A stretch of DNA of 64,000 nucleotides from Leptospira biflexa. GTDB taxonomy: Bacteria > Spirochaetota > UBA4802 > UB4802. The notes beneath the pieces were generated by a model that saw nothing but the letters and a program-made list of their open reading frames with translations, was not told the origin of the DNA and did not search any database. A program made the position numbers and the translations under genes. Shown here piece by piece: positions 51,202-61,134 of the stretch (position 1 is its first letter; every line of letters starts with the position of its first letter). The DNA lies in NCBI GenBank assembly GCA_020721905.1, contig DYLU01000001.1, forward strand, positions 32,439 through 96,438, in the 5' to 3' direction.

Positions 51202-51813
51202 TTATTTTTTGTCAAACAGTTCCTTTATTTCTTTGTATGGATTCCATCTGATAACAACAAACAACAAAATGCTGATTGCAAACGTTATAATCGTGAAAAG
51301 TATTATTCGTTCTGAAGTATAGTAAATATAACCATCAAAAGGAATTGCATACGTTATGACGCCCAACAATGGTTTGTGTGAAGGCTGATGACAAAAATTA
51401 CATTCTGATTTACGGTAAATCGGTATTATGCCATGATATAGTCTTCCCTTTACTGTAAATTGAGGTTGTGGTTTTATATCGCTGCATACATTCATAACAG
51501 CACTATTGTTACCCATTTCGGTCATACCCGGTGCTTTAATAAGGTTGCCCTGTTCATCATACACCGTGATGCTTATACCAGAACGTTTCTGCAAATCATT
51601 CAGATATATCCAGGCATATTCTGGTTTTGTCATTGTTTTAATGTGCAGAAAACTATCGGTTATAATATACATATTTCTTTCAAGTTCTTTAAAATAGCCC
51701 GATTTATATATGCCAAATATATCGCCAATATATGGTGGCACAGAAAAAATCTGGATAAAGCTAATACCCCATAACACTGCAAGCACAATAATGAGCACTC
51801 GTTTTACTATCAT
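51202..51813 (-). CDS. Membrane-anchored protein with a single CxxCH heme-c-type motif, unknown function
   Basis: TM helices at both termini. ECNFCHQ motif in the periplasmic-looking middle domain. Confidence 0.4.
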   Translation of the reverse strand: MIVKRVLIIVLAVLWGISFIQIFSVPPYIGDIFGIYKSGYFKELERNMYIITDSFLHIKTMTKPEYAWIYLNDLQKRSGISITVYDEQGNLIKAPGMTEMGNNSAVMNVCSDIKPQPQFTVKGRLYHGIIPIYRKSECNFCHQPSHKPLLGVITYAIPFDGYIYYTSERIILFTIITFAISILLFVVIRWNPYKEIKELFDKK

Positions 51814-51827
51814 ACCATAATCAACTT

Positions 51828-52916
51828 TTATAATAAAGAAATAGTATTCCCCGATCTAACGATAACGCCCTCAAGCTCCAGTATAGCAATTTTTTCAAGA
51901 ACTTCATTACTACTTTTGCCCAACTGGCGTATCAATGTATCAATGTCCATAGACCCGCTTTGTAACGTTTTAACGATATCATCATTTTCATATACTGAAA
52001 TCTTTGACCTTTCCTGAATTCCCTGATTTTTCTCAACTTTATCAAATAGTGTTGGCTGCCTGTATAATTTGTCAACACTAAGAACTTCCAGGATATCCTG
52101 CTCATCAAAAACAGGATGTGCACCTTCCTTCAACAGCTTATAGCACCCTTTGTAACCTTCATCAAAAGAATGTCCGCAACATACAAATAATTCCCTGTTG
52201 TGTTCAAGGGCATACCGGGCAGTAATAAGTGCTCCGCTTTTTTCACCTGCTTTAATGACAATGACCCCCTTTGATAATCCGCTTATAATTCTATTCCTGC
52301 GTACAAATGTCCACCTGGTGATACGCACTTTTGGAGGATATTCCGACAAAACACATCCATTGCCTGAATTAATAATATCAGTGTAAATATCCCGATTGCT
52401 TGCCGGATACAACATATCAATACCATTTGCCATGACCCCTATTGTCGATCCACCTGCTTTTAATGCCCCTATATGCGCTCTTCGGTCAATCCCAATAGCA
52501 AGCCCGCTTACAATGGCAATGTCGTATTGTGCCAACAAACCGGAAAGCTTTTCAGCTATTGAACCCGACTGAAGATCATCATTTCTGGTACCAACAATAG
52601 CAAGGGATAATTTCTGAGGCAGATTGCCTCGAACATATAGAACGGCTGGAGGATATGGAATTTCTTTTAATAAGGCTGGATAATCCTGATCCCAGTAGGA
52701 AATTAAATTCGCATTCATTTTGCTACATAACTCAATAATTTTATCTGCTTCTTCAAGTGGAGACATTGAATACCAGCTTGTATAGTATTCCTGAATTTTT
52801 CTATCATCAGCCGATACATACTCATGATAAATTATTTCCGGATCATTTTTTTCATAAAGATGCCACAAACCGGAACTCATCAATGATAAAGCCACAGCAT
52901 ATTTTTTTTTGTCCAT
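51828..52916 (-). CDS. dprA: DNA processing protein DprA (Smf)
   Basis: Rossmann-like DprA core SGLAIGIDRRAHIGALKAGGSTIGVMANGID and a C-terminal wHTH. 362 aa. Confidence 0.85.
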   Translation of the reverse strand: MDKKKYAVALSLMSSGLWHLYEKNDPEIIYHEYVSADDRKIQEYYTSWYSMSPLEEADKIIELCSKMNANLISYWDQDYPALLKEIPYPPAVLYVRGNLPQKLSLAIVGTRNDDLQSGSIAEKLSGLLAQYDIAIVSGLAIGIDRRAHIGALKAGGSTIGVMANGIDMLYPASNRDIYTDIINSGNGCVLSEYPPKVRITRWTFVRRNRIISGLSKGVIVIKAGEKSGALITARYALEHNRELFVCCGHSFDEGYKGCYKLLKEGAHPVFDEQDILEVLSVDKLYRQPTLFDKVEKNQGIQERSKISVYENDDIVKTLQSGSMDIDTLIRQLGKSSNEVLEKIAILELEGVIVRSGNTISLL

Positions 52917-52920
52917 ATAA

Positions 52921-53640
52921 TTACCGTGCTAACTCTGTAGTTATTCTTTGAATATTTTCTTTACACGCCTGTTTATATTCCTTTGCTAACGGCGTATCCA
53001 CTTTTTCAAGATCAGTATAAAGATCCTGATATACCGATAGTGACTTATTAAGGTCTTTATTTTCGTAATAAAACCTTCCCAGTGCAAACCGTGCTCTGTA
53101 AAACGAAGGTTTTTGTTGTGTTATCTCCTCCATCAGTTGCACAGCTTTTGATCTGTTATCTTTCTGATAAAACAAAAGAATTGCCATACCATACTTTGCC
53201 TCAGTAAAGTTGGGATCCATCTGCAATGCTTTTTCATAATGAATATGTGCTTTATCAATATCATCTTTATTTTCCAGCTGTGTTCCCCTGTTTGCATACG
53301 CAATTGCTAACTGGTAATGTACAAAAGGAGTATTTCTTCCATACCCCAGAGCTTTATGTAATGCATCAATGGCAGGGTCCCATGCACCCTTTTCATTATA
53401 TTTGCCTCCTAAATTTTGATACAGTACGCCTATCTTATTAACCACTTCAGGATTTGTTGCACTTTTTGAAGTTAGCTCAGATAATTCTTCTTCCATACGC
53501 TTAATCTCGCCCTGTGTAACAACCCTTACAGATTTTAACACAAAAATCTTTTTTAGTATCTTTCCATCAAAAATAATTATTAATGCAACGATACTGCTTA
53601 TGACCAATAACGTTAAAGTGATTTTTCTTAACTTTGACAT
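52921..53640 (-). CDS. TPR-repeat protein with an N-terminal membrane anchor
   Basis: N-terminal TM (LTLLVISSIVALIIIF) followed by TPR-like repeats (AxxxY..AL..DP). Confidence 0.5.
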   Translation of the reverse strand: MSKLRKITLTLLVISSIVALIIIFDGKILKKIFVLKSVRVVTQGEIKRMEEELSELTSKSATNPEVVNKIGVLYQNLGGKYNEKGAWDPAIDALHKALGYGRNTPFVHYQLAIAYANRGTQLENKDDIDKAHIHYEKALQMDPNFTEAKYGMAILLFYQKDNRSKAVQLMEEITQQKPSFYRARFALGRFYYENKDLNKSLSVYQDLYTDLEKVDTPLAKEYKQACKENIQRITTELAR

Positions 53641-53942
53641 TGTATCACCTCGTTTTATGTACTACAATGAAGTGCTAAAATGAATGAATATAATTATATA
53701 TTTTTGTAAAATACTTGACAACCATTTTATAAATTTCAAGTGGTTTTTATATATTCTGGGCTTTGCAATGACTTTTTTTTGTCACTGCAAGCAAAGCACT
53801 TGCCCTGATCCTGTGATAGGATGGCACCTAAGTAGTTTAACAGGCGGTCACTTGACCCACTCAAAGTGATCATCATACCCCTGTCACAGTGCTGATTATC
53901 ATAGCAATTTTCACAAAATGATATTTTAAGGAGGATGAATAT

Positions 53943-54137
53943 ATGCTTCCCCATCAGATGCGCGCTGGTGATTTTACATGTTTGCTGTGCGGCTCAAAAT
54001 TAAATTTAAAAATTAATGAACTTTCCATAGGCGTTAATAGCGGAACATGCCCCATGTGCGGAGAACCTTTTACAATAAAATTAAATAAAAAAGATCTGGA
54101 ATTACTTCTTGAAGCAGAAGAAATAGCAAAGCAATAA
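53943..54137 (+). CDS. Small zinc-ribbon protein (64 aa)
   Basis: Strong SD AAGGAGG 7 nt upstream of ATG. Two CxxC pairs (CLLCGSKL...CPMCGEPF). Confidence 0.6.
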   Translation: MLPHQMRAGDFTCLLCGSKLNLKINELSIGVNSGTCPMCGEPFTIKLNKKDLELLLEAEEIAKQ

Positions 54138-54217
54138 GTATGATATAGTATAAACCTACACTGCAGCTGATACAAGTGTTTACAGGTTAATGTGATAAAT
54201 TAATTTTCAATAAATAT

Positions 54218-54733
54218 TTAATGATTACTATTAAATTTTTTTTTTAATCGTTCACATACATCATGGGGATCAACTACCATAACCCGTGTATGTGAAATCA
54301 CATCAAGAAATCCTAACTCATTAGGGAAACGTGGAACAATATGCAGGTGAATATGCGATATACTTGCCCCACTCCATGACCCCAAATTGTATCCAACATT
54401 AAATCCTGATGGCTTAAATTCTTCTTTTAATATATCTATAGTTTTTATAGTTAACCTGTGCAGTGCTAAAACATCATCCTCAGATAAATCATGCAAATTT
54501 TCTATATGCTGTAAAGGAAATATCATGCAATGGCCGGGATTAAAAGGATATAAATTTACCGAGACAATAAATGTATCTGTACGATATATTTCAAGACTTA
54601 CCACATCTTCTGAATGGTCACGTATTGCGCACAGTATACATGCATGCTTTTCATTTTTTTTACCAACATATTTGATTTTTTCGGTATTGAAAAGATACCA
54701 GCGTTTAAATCTTTCAAAATAACTGTCTGCCAT
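54218..54733 (-). CDS. HIT-family hydrolase/transferase (GalT-like, with an N-terminal CxxC)
   Basis: Histidine-triad motif HIHLHIVPR. Start chosen at MADSY so as not to overlap the upstream cytochrome gene. Confidence 0.65.
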   Translation of the reverse strand: MADSYFERFKRWYLFNTEKIKYVGKKNEKHACILCAIRDHSEDVVSLEIYRTDTFIVSVNLYPFNPGHCMIFPLQHIENLHDLSEDDVLALHRLTIKTIDILKEEFKPSGFNVGYNLGSWSGASISHIHLHIVPRFPNELGFLDVISHTRVMVVDPHDVCERLKKKFNSNH

Positions 54734-54746
54734 AATTATATTTTTT

Positions 54747-55613
54747 TTACCTTGACTGGAAGTTTTTTTGTATCTTTGACCGCCTTCGTCTGACAAGAGC
54801 TATATATACTGTAAAAAGTATAATGACACCAATACTGAATGCACTGGTTAAAATATAAATGATGTCAAGACGCTTGATAGAAGCTATTTTACTTTGCAGC
54901 TCTTTGTCAAGATATTCTATCTCAACTTCAACTAACTTTTTGGTAAAATCTATTTCCTGTTGTGAAAAAACATGCACAAGCTGGTGAAAATAACTTTTAA
55001 GCTCATTATACCGCTTTGTCATGTCCTTACTTTCTACATTTTTTTCATTCATGTAATCAAGTGATTTTTCAATATCTTCAATATTTTTCTCAATTGATAT
55101 AATTGAATTTACCAGATCACGTGAATATTCAACACTATGACAGCTTGAACATGTTTTACTGGTAATAATATGATACGTTGACTGCGCTACATTGTGGTCG
55201 CCATGGCAATCAACACAGTTTGGGCTGCCTATTTTTAAAACTGAATGATAGTGAGGACCTTTTTTTAGCTGTGCCAGTGCCTGATCATGGCAACCTTCTC
55301 TTCCGCAAAACTCTGGTATATCTTTCTTTGTTGGTTTTCCAATAAAATTTGCTTTTTTATCCTTTGCAGCTTTAGCATCATCTGCATCGGGATTTCCACC
55401 ATGGCATACCTGGCATTCAAGATTACTTTTTGCATGTACGCTATTTTCCCATTCCAGAACTACCGCACGAGGTTTACCATTAAGCTTAATATGGCATTCT
55501 ATACAGTAATTTTTTTTATGAGAGCTGTTGCCCATTGTCTTTTGAGCAAACGCACTATAAAAAGTTAAAAGTACAATAGCAAAAATTATAATAAAAGTAC
55601 AACCTCGCTTCAT
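54747..55613 (-). CDS. Multiheme c-type cytochrome (at least 4 CxxCH plus one Cx4CH), signal peptide and C-terminal TM anchor
   Basis: CIECH, CQVCH, CVDCH and CSSCH motifs plus CGREGCH. N-terminal signal (IIFAIVLLTFYSAFA). C-terminal hydrophobic helix. Confidence 0.75.
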   Translation of the reverse strand: MKRGCTFIIIFAIVLLTFYSAFAQKTMGNSSHKKNYCIECHIKLNGKPRAVVLEWENSVHAKSNLECQVCHGGNPDADDAKAAKDKKANFIGKPTKKDIPEFCGREGCHDQALAQLKKGPHYHSVLKIGSPNCVDCHGDHNVAQSTYHIITSKTCSSCHSVEYSRDLVNSIISIEKNIEDIEKSLDYMNEKNVESKDMTKRYNELKSYFHQLVHVFSQQEIDFTKKLVEVEIEYLDKELQSKIASIKRLDIIYILTSAFSIGVIILFTVYIALVRRRRSKIQKNFQSR

Positions 55614-55673
55614 AGGTTACCTCAAAGCACGTTTTATTGTATGCCTAATTCCTTTTTCGACACCCTGTACTCA

Positions 55674-56153
55674 TTACACAAGTACAATCCCATAAACTTT
55701 CATGATAACCATAATAATGGTAATAGTAATGTTAGCATACACTCCTGCAATGATATCATCAATCATTATCCCAAGACCACCATGAAAATGCTCCAATGTG
55801 TGTATTGGGTAAGGTTTCATAATATCAAACAGTCTGAAAAAAAAGAAACCCAGAACTGCTGTGCTCCAGCTAAACGGATGAAACAGCATGGTAACCCAGA
55901 AACCAAGCATCTCATCAAGAACAACTTCCTGCGGGTCTTTTCGTGCAAAATAAATTTCCGCATCATCACCCAGTTTGATTGCAGGATAAGTTATAAGCGC
56001 CACAAGAACAACATTTGCTACAATCCCGTATTTACCAAAAAGCTGATGTAAAATTACATACAGCAGCAAAGCTAACATCGCACCAACAGTACCCGAACCC
56101 TTGGGGAAGTAGCCAGTATAAAGCCCTGTAAACAAAAACTCTTTCCAGTTCAT
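55674..56153 (-). CDS. pgpA: Phosphatidylglycerophosphatase A
   Basis: PgpA-family N-terminus LFTGLYTGYFPKGSGTVGAMLAL. 159 aa. Confidence 0.75.
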   Translation of the reverse strand: MNWKEFLFTGLYTGYFPKGSGTVGAMLALLLYVILHQLFGKYGIVANVVLVALITYPAIKLGDDAEIYFARKDPQEVVLDEMLGFWVTMLFHPFSWSTAVLGFFFFRLFDIMKPYPIHTLEHFHGGLGIMIDDIIAGVYANITITIIMVIMKVYGIVLV

Positions 56154-56159
56154 ATAAAT

Positions 56160-56813
56160 TTATTTAGCATCCTTTTGTGTATATGGTGGTATAAATAAAT
56201 GCCAGTTGGTTATAATGTATCGCAGTCCTGATAGAGCTGTTAAGAAGGTTACCACAGCCATAATAAGATAGGGGCATACTATAAGCCATTTATGAACTAA
56301 ATTTGAATTAAGAATCTCAACAACAGTTTCAAGTTTCAGTGCGCTTAACTGATTGATTTCAAGTTGTACATTTTTTATGGAATTACGGACAATAAACACC
56401 ATTATGATAACGATAATGCCAATCATCTGGAAGGCTGTTTTAAATTTACCTAACTTGCTGGTGCGCAACATTGACCCTTTTTTGATAGACAAATAGCGCA
56501 TCAATGTTATCAAAAGGTCCCGCGCAATGATAACAATAACCATCCATAGCGGGATAAGTGGATCAAGGAATAAAAATGCAATGAGCGCCGAAATAACCAG
56601 AAACTTATCAGCCAGCGGGTCCAGAAATTTTCCTGTATCAGTTTCCTGGCGCAACCTGCGGGCTGTCCATCCATCTAAAAAGTCAGTAAGCGATGCTATG
56701 ATAAAAATCAAGAGCGCCCAGATTCTATGTTCTACAGTTGGCGTAAAGATTAAATATAAGAATAATGGTATGAGTATTATCCGTGATAATGTTAATAAAT
56801 TAGGTATATTCAA
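56160..56813 (-). CDS. pgsA: CDP-diacylglycerol--glycerol-3-phosphate 3-phosphatidyltransferase
   Basis: CDP-alcohol phosphatidyltransferase motif DFLDGWTARRL...GKFLDPLADK. Confidence 0.85.
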   Translation of the reverse strand: MNIPNLLTLSRIILIPLFLYLIFTPTVEHRIWALLIFIIASLTDFLDGWTARRLRQETDTGKFLDPLADKFLVISALIAFLFLDPLIPLWMVIVIIARDLLITLMRYLSIKKGSMLRTSKLGKFKTAFQMIGIIVIIMVFIVRNSIKNVQLEINQLSALKLETVVEILNSNLVHKWLIVCPYLIMAVVTFLTALSGLRYIITNWHLFIPPYTQKDAK

Positions 56814-58120
56814 ATTATTTCTCCTATACGGTCATATTCCAATGTGTCGGTTATCTTAGCTGTAACGATATCATTGACAGGTACGTTGTGTGCGGTCAAG
56901 AAAAAAATGCCGTCTATTTCAGGAGCATCGTACTGAGTTCTTCCAATATAATTATAATCATCCACTTTCTCTTCCACAAGCACCTGAACTGTAGTACCAA
57001 TAGTTTCCCTTAACTTTTGTTGCGAAATTTCCTGCTGTAATTTCATCAGTGTATTGTAGCGCTTTTTCTTTGTTGACTTTTTCACCGTATCCCCTTTTGC
57101 AAATGCGCGTGTACCTTCCTCAGGTGAATACATAAACACACCAACTCTATCTAATTGTGCTTCTTTAATAAAGTCCATTAATAATTTGAAATCATTTTCA
57201 TCTTCATCAGGAAATCCCACCATGATTGTGGAACGTATAGCTATATCAGGAATTGCTTTTCTCAATCCAGCAACAAGTTTCAAATAGCTGTCTGCATCAC
57301 CTTTCCTGTTCATTGATTGCAAAACTTTTTTGCTTGCATGCTGAAAAGGAATATCAATGTAATGCACAACCTTTGGCACCGCTACCAGTGCCTCAATAAG
57401 CCTGTCGTCAATATGATCAGGATGGCAATACATAAGCCTGATCCAGAAATCACCATCCAGGTTATTTATCATGTGCAATATATCCCAGATTTTTTTATCA
57501 TCATAGTGATATACTGCCGTATCCTGCGCCACTACAATGAGTTCTTTAACGCCATGGTTCAGCGCTTCACGAGCATCCGCCAAAATCATGGATGGCGGGA
57601 AAGCATTAAATCTGCCCCGTATCAGGGGAATAGCGCAGTAGCTGCAGAAATTGGAACACCCTTCTGCTATTTTAATATATGCATATGGAAGATTATCAAT
57701 AAGCGGTTTTCTTTTCCGGGCGATAGTTCTTTTAATCAGTGCAATATTGAATAAGCGGGCAATTTCATCTACTAAAGAGCTATCGTACAAACCCCATACC
57801 AGATCTATTTCAGGTATTTCCTGCAGTATTTCCTGTTTATACCGCTGGGTGAGACAGCCCAACACAACCAATCGTTTTTTAAAGATCTTGGTTTGCTGTG
57901 ATGTATAATCTAATGCATCAAGTATAGTTTCAACAGATTCTTTCTTTGCTGCTTCAATAAATCCACAGGTATTGATAAATAGTATATCCGCTTCATCAAT
58001 CTCGCGTGCTTCCACAAAACCAGCGTTGTGCATATCAGCATTAAGATGCTCGGAATCCACCTCATTTTTTGGGCAGCCTAATGAAATAATATAGTATGAA
58101 ATGTCCTCAGATGAAAACAC
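56810..58120 (-). CDS. rimO: MiaB-like methylthiotransferase, probably ribosomal protein S12 methylthiotransferase RimO
   Basis: MTTase N-terminal domain (IISLGCPKNEVDSE), radical SAM motif CSNFCSYC, and a C-terminal TRAM domain. 436 aa. Confidence 0.7.
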   Translation of the reverse strand: MFSSEDISYYIISLGCPKNEVDSEHLNADMHNAGFVEAREIDEADILFINTCGFIEAAKKESVETILDALDYTSQQTKIFKKRLVVLGCLTQRYKQEILQEIPEIDLVWGLYDSSLVDEIARLFNIALIKRTIARKRKPLIDNLPYAYIKIAEGCSNFCSYCAIPLIRGRFNAFPPSMILADAREALNHGVKELIVVAQDTAVYHYDDKKIWDILHMINNLDGDFWIRLMYCHPDHIDDRLIEALVAVPKVVHYIDIPFQHASKKVLQSMNRKGDADSYLKLVAGLRKAIPDIAIRSTIMVGFPDEDENDFKLLMDFIKEAQLDRVGVFMYSPEEGTRAFAKGDTVKKSTKKKRYNTLMKLQQEISQQKLRETIGTTVQVLVEEKVDDYNYIGRTQYDAPEIDGIFFLTAHNVPVNDIVTAKITDTLEYDRIGEII

Positions 58121-58121
58121 A

Positions 58122-59255
58122 TCACCAGTCTTTTACTTCAAGCTTGTATTTGTTGGGATCCTGCGGGTCTTTACGCCAGGTAATTACCTTATTGGCAACC
58201 TGACCAGGCAGGCCAAACATATAGTCCGTGCCATTAATTTTAACTTTGACGCCTCCAGCATTGCCTATCTTAACCTGGATAAATTCTGATGCTTCCCACC
58301 GTTCTTTTGTGCCAGCAGGCATCATGCCCCTGACGCGCTCATTGCCATCTAAATAAAGTTCAAAATATGTTTTCTGCACAAACTCGGCTTCAAATACTAT
58401 TTTTAAATTTTTCTGGTCATGCGTGACCACTTCAGCAGGCGGTGTAACTGGAGTTGTTACAGTAACAGCTTCCTCAGGCTTCTCCTGCTCTACAGTAGCC
58501 AGTTGCACTTTGATTTTTGCCCTGTTTTCAGTCAAACCTTTTAACGTTAACATAATATTCCTGGAGGATTCCATTGGGCTGCATATCACAGGCTTTTCCA
58601 TTTCCAGAACATATTTCTTTGAATCAGGTAAAAACTCAACTATCACTGAATTATCTTTAATATCACTTAATACAAATAAAATTTCTTTATTGTCTACCAG
58701 AAACTGGCATGCCTCATCATTATATAACAGCACAATTCCACTATCATTGGTGAGCTGTAACGGCCATATGTTTTTAATGGCAATCTTTTTGCCCTGGGTT
58801 CGGTAATATTCCTCCTGAATTGCCTTAATGGAATCATCACTTCCTACATGTACATCCGAAGTAATAAGGCTTATAAACAGTGAAATAACAATAAGGACAG
58901 CAATACCAATACCTGCAACATATAAGATATTACGATACTGCTGAGCATACATTCGTAACTGAGCAACTATTGATAAACCAGTAGGCCTGGTTAACTCTTC
59001 AAGTGGTGTTGAACTTTCGCCAATCTTATATCCTTTATATGCCTGAATTAACTCATCAGCATCCAATTTAAGGTATTCAGCATACGAACGTAAAAAACCC
59101 AGCAGGTATGTTTCACTGGGAAATTTGTCAAAATCTTCATTTTCAAGTGCTTCCAGATATTTAACAACAATATTAGTATCTTTGGATACATCCTTTAACG
59201 TTAAACGTTTAGCTTCACGTGCATTGCGTAATGTTTCACCAATTCCTGCCACCAT
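58122..59255 (-). CDS. rodZ: RodZ-like cytoskeleton protein (HTH-XRE, TM, DUF4115)
   Basis: N-terminal HTH LRNAREAKRLTLKDVSKDT, one TM helix, and a C-terminal beta-rich domain. Confidence 0.65.
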   Translation of the reverse strand: MVAGIGETLRNAREAKRLTLKDVSKDTNIVVKYLEALENEDFDKFPSETYLLGFLRSYAEYLKLDADELIQAYKGYKIGESSTPLEELTRPTGLSIVAQLRMYAQQYRNILYVAGIGIAVLIVISLFISLITSDVHVGSDDSIKAIQEEYYRTQGKKIAIKNIWPLQLTNDSGIVLLYNDEACQFLVDNKEILFVLSDIKDNSVIVEFLPDSKKYVLEMEKPVICSPMESSRNIMLTLKGLTENRAKIKVQLATVEQEKPEEAVTVTTPVTPPAEVVTHDQKNLKIVFEAEFVQKTYFELYLDGNERVRGMMPAGTKERWEASEFIQVKIGNAGGVKVKINGTDYMFGLPGQVANKVITWRKDPQDPNKYKLEVKDW

Positions 59256-59258
59256 ACG

Positions 59259-59954
59259 TTATTCCTCTGCCAACATTGGATTTTTAATTATTCTGGCGTT
59301 TGAAGGAGGATCAAATTTAAAAAAACCTTTTTTTAAATCTACTTTAGTATTTATGTTTTTGAGTTCAATTGTAATGTTTTTGCCATTTGCTGTTTCACCA
59401 GCAGCTTTTGTTATAAAATACTGTTCGTTAACCCACAGTTTCATAGTTCTGAATCCGCTTCGTGTTTCCTTTTGTTTTAAGAATAACACATAATATTTAT
59501 TGTTGTTTTCCACACGTGGCTGTTCTTTGCCGTCAAATTTATAATGATATTTTGAAAAAAGCCTGTTTAAACCTGAACCGGTACCAATTGCAAACATTGA
59601 ACTGTTTAAATCCTGCTCAGCAACCACATTGATGGAAGGAATATAAATCCACACCTGTTTGCCATCTGAAACAACTTTCTGACCATATGGCACATCAAAA
59701 TCTATTCTGAGATAATGCGGCGACATATACCATAGGGTACCGCTCTGACTTTGAGGCTTTCCCATTTTATCCGAAATCATAACAAAATTTGCCTGGTAGC
59801 TTTCAACATCCGAAAAGGTTTTCTTTATCTGCTTGACAATATCATTGACTGTCACAAAATCAAATTTATAGGAATATCCTGTCATAACACACAGTAATAC
59901 AATTACTTGAGCTATCGCCAAATATAATAATTTTTTGTTACGTATACCCAACAT
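59259..59954 (-). CDS. lolA: LolA-like outer-membrane lipoprotein carrier protein
   Basis: Signal peptide plus the LolA-family pattern (GTLWYMSPHYLRIDF...DGKQVWIYIP). Confidence 0.65.
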   Translation of the reverse strand: MLGIRNKKLLYLAIAQVIVLLCVMTGYSYKFDFVTVNDIVKQIKKTFSDVESYQANFVMISDKMGKPQSQSGTLWYMSPHYLRIDFDVPYGQKVVSDGKQVWIYIPSINVVAEQDLNSSMFAIGTGSGLNRLFSKYHYKFDGKEQPRVENNNKYYVLFLKQKETRSGFRTMKLWVNEQYFITKAAGETANGKNITIELKNINTKVDLKKGFFKFDPPSNARIIKNPMLAEE

Positions 59955-60216
59955 AGTGCCCCGTACAAATTTCTATTTAAACTGATAATGCATACACTTT
60001 TTTGAAAACAACATGAAAAGAATGTTTGCCGTTTAACATTGCATAGACATATTTTTTACAATATATATGCGGTTGTCAAACTAAAAAGCTTTTTCAAAAA
60101 GTCAATACAAAAAATCAAAAAGATTTTGAGCTTAAAAATTTTATATTTTTTTTGTGTAGACAAAATTGTGCTATAAACATACTATTTAATTAACCTGATA
60201 TTTGAGGAAATATAAC

Positions 60217-60390
60217 ATGGATACAATAAAACAACCCGGCAAACAACCCAAAGAAAAGCAACATCCAGAAACCATCGTCTCACAGTGGAATAATTTTAAA
60301 CTTTTAGAATCACAGCACATTTATTTCTCTGTAGGCAAGGCCACTATCAAACATATACTTATCAAAAGAGAACCACTGATTGGCGCATGA
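60217..60390 (+). CDS. Possible small protein (57 aa)
   Basis: GAGGAA SD 8 nt upstream of ATG. No homology support. Confidence 0.2.
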   Translation: MDTIKQPGKQPKEKQHPETIVSQWNNFKLLESQHIYFSVGKATIKHILIKREPLIGA

Positions 60391-60626
60391 GTATATTACT
60401 CTTTTAAAACATTTTGGATTACTAATTCTTATTGCTTTATTTAATGAACTTTACCGACACATTAAAACACATTACAGTTTTTCTATACTTTATTTTAACT
60501 CAAATCATTTATAAACCTTTAAAAATATTTATTTAATAAATATATATTTTGTTTTTGCATTATATATGAAATACCTTTAGACTGCTATTCATTAAAAAAT
60601 AATTTAAATATCGAGGAGGCTACTAT

Positions 60627-60956
60627 ATGGCCGGTAAATTTGAAGTTTACAAAGATAAAGGGGGAATGTACCGATTCCGTCTTAAAGCGGGTAATGGTCA
60701 GGTTATACTGACAGGTGAAGGATATAATTCAAAAAGTTCCTGTCTTGACGGTATTGAATCAGTAAAGAAAAATTCAAAAAAAGATTCGTCGTTTGAAATT
60801 TATCAGGATAAAAAAGGCGAGTACCGTTTCAGACTTAAAGCAACAAATGGGGAAACAATTGGCCATGGTGAAGGCTACAGCAAAAGAAGCGGATGTACGC
60901 GAGGGATTGAATCAATTAGAAAGAATGTTGCCAATGCAAAAATTGTAGAAATTTAA
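60627..60956 (+). CDS. YegP/UPF0339 (DUF1508) tandem-repeat protein
   Basis: Two copies of the F(E/V)(V/I)Y(K/Q)DKxGxYRFRLKAxNG...GEGY repeat. SD GAGGAGG upstream. Confidence 0.8.
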   Translation: MAGKFEVYKDKGGMYRFRLKAGNGQVILTGEGYNSKSSCLDGIESVKKNSKKDSSFEIYQDKKGEYRFRLKATNGETIGHGEGYSKRSGCTRGIESIRKNVANAKIVEI

Positions 60957-61134
60957 ATTTGTATCAATAGTATTTATACATAGTATTCAACACCATAATT
61001 ACTATCAATATGATTATACAAGTAAGGAGGTGTATTTTTGTTACAATAAGCATCAAAAAATAATTTACTTGCAAAAGTTTTGTATCTTTTGTAAACTTTC
61101 CCATAAAGATTGGCATGTATCAGGGAAACATATC

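Noticed and set aside
53780-53830. Partial resemblance of CCUGAUCCUGUGAUAGGAUGGCACC to the TPP-riboswitch core CCUGAUCUGGAUAAUGCCAGCG
   Set aside because: The obligatory upstream CUGAGA element and the P2/P3 pairing partners are absent, and the downstream gene is a zinc-ribbon protein rather than a thiamine gene. The region is kept only as a generic structured leader.
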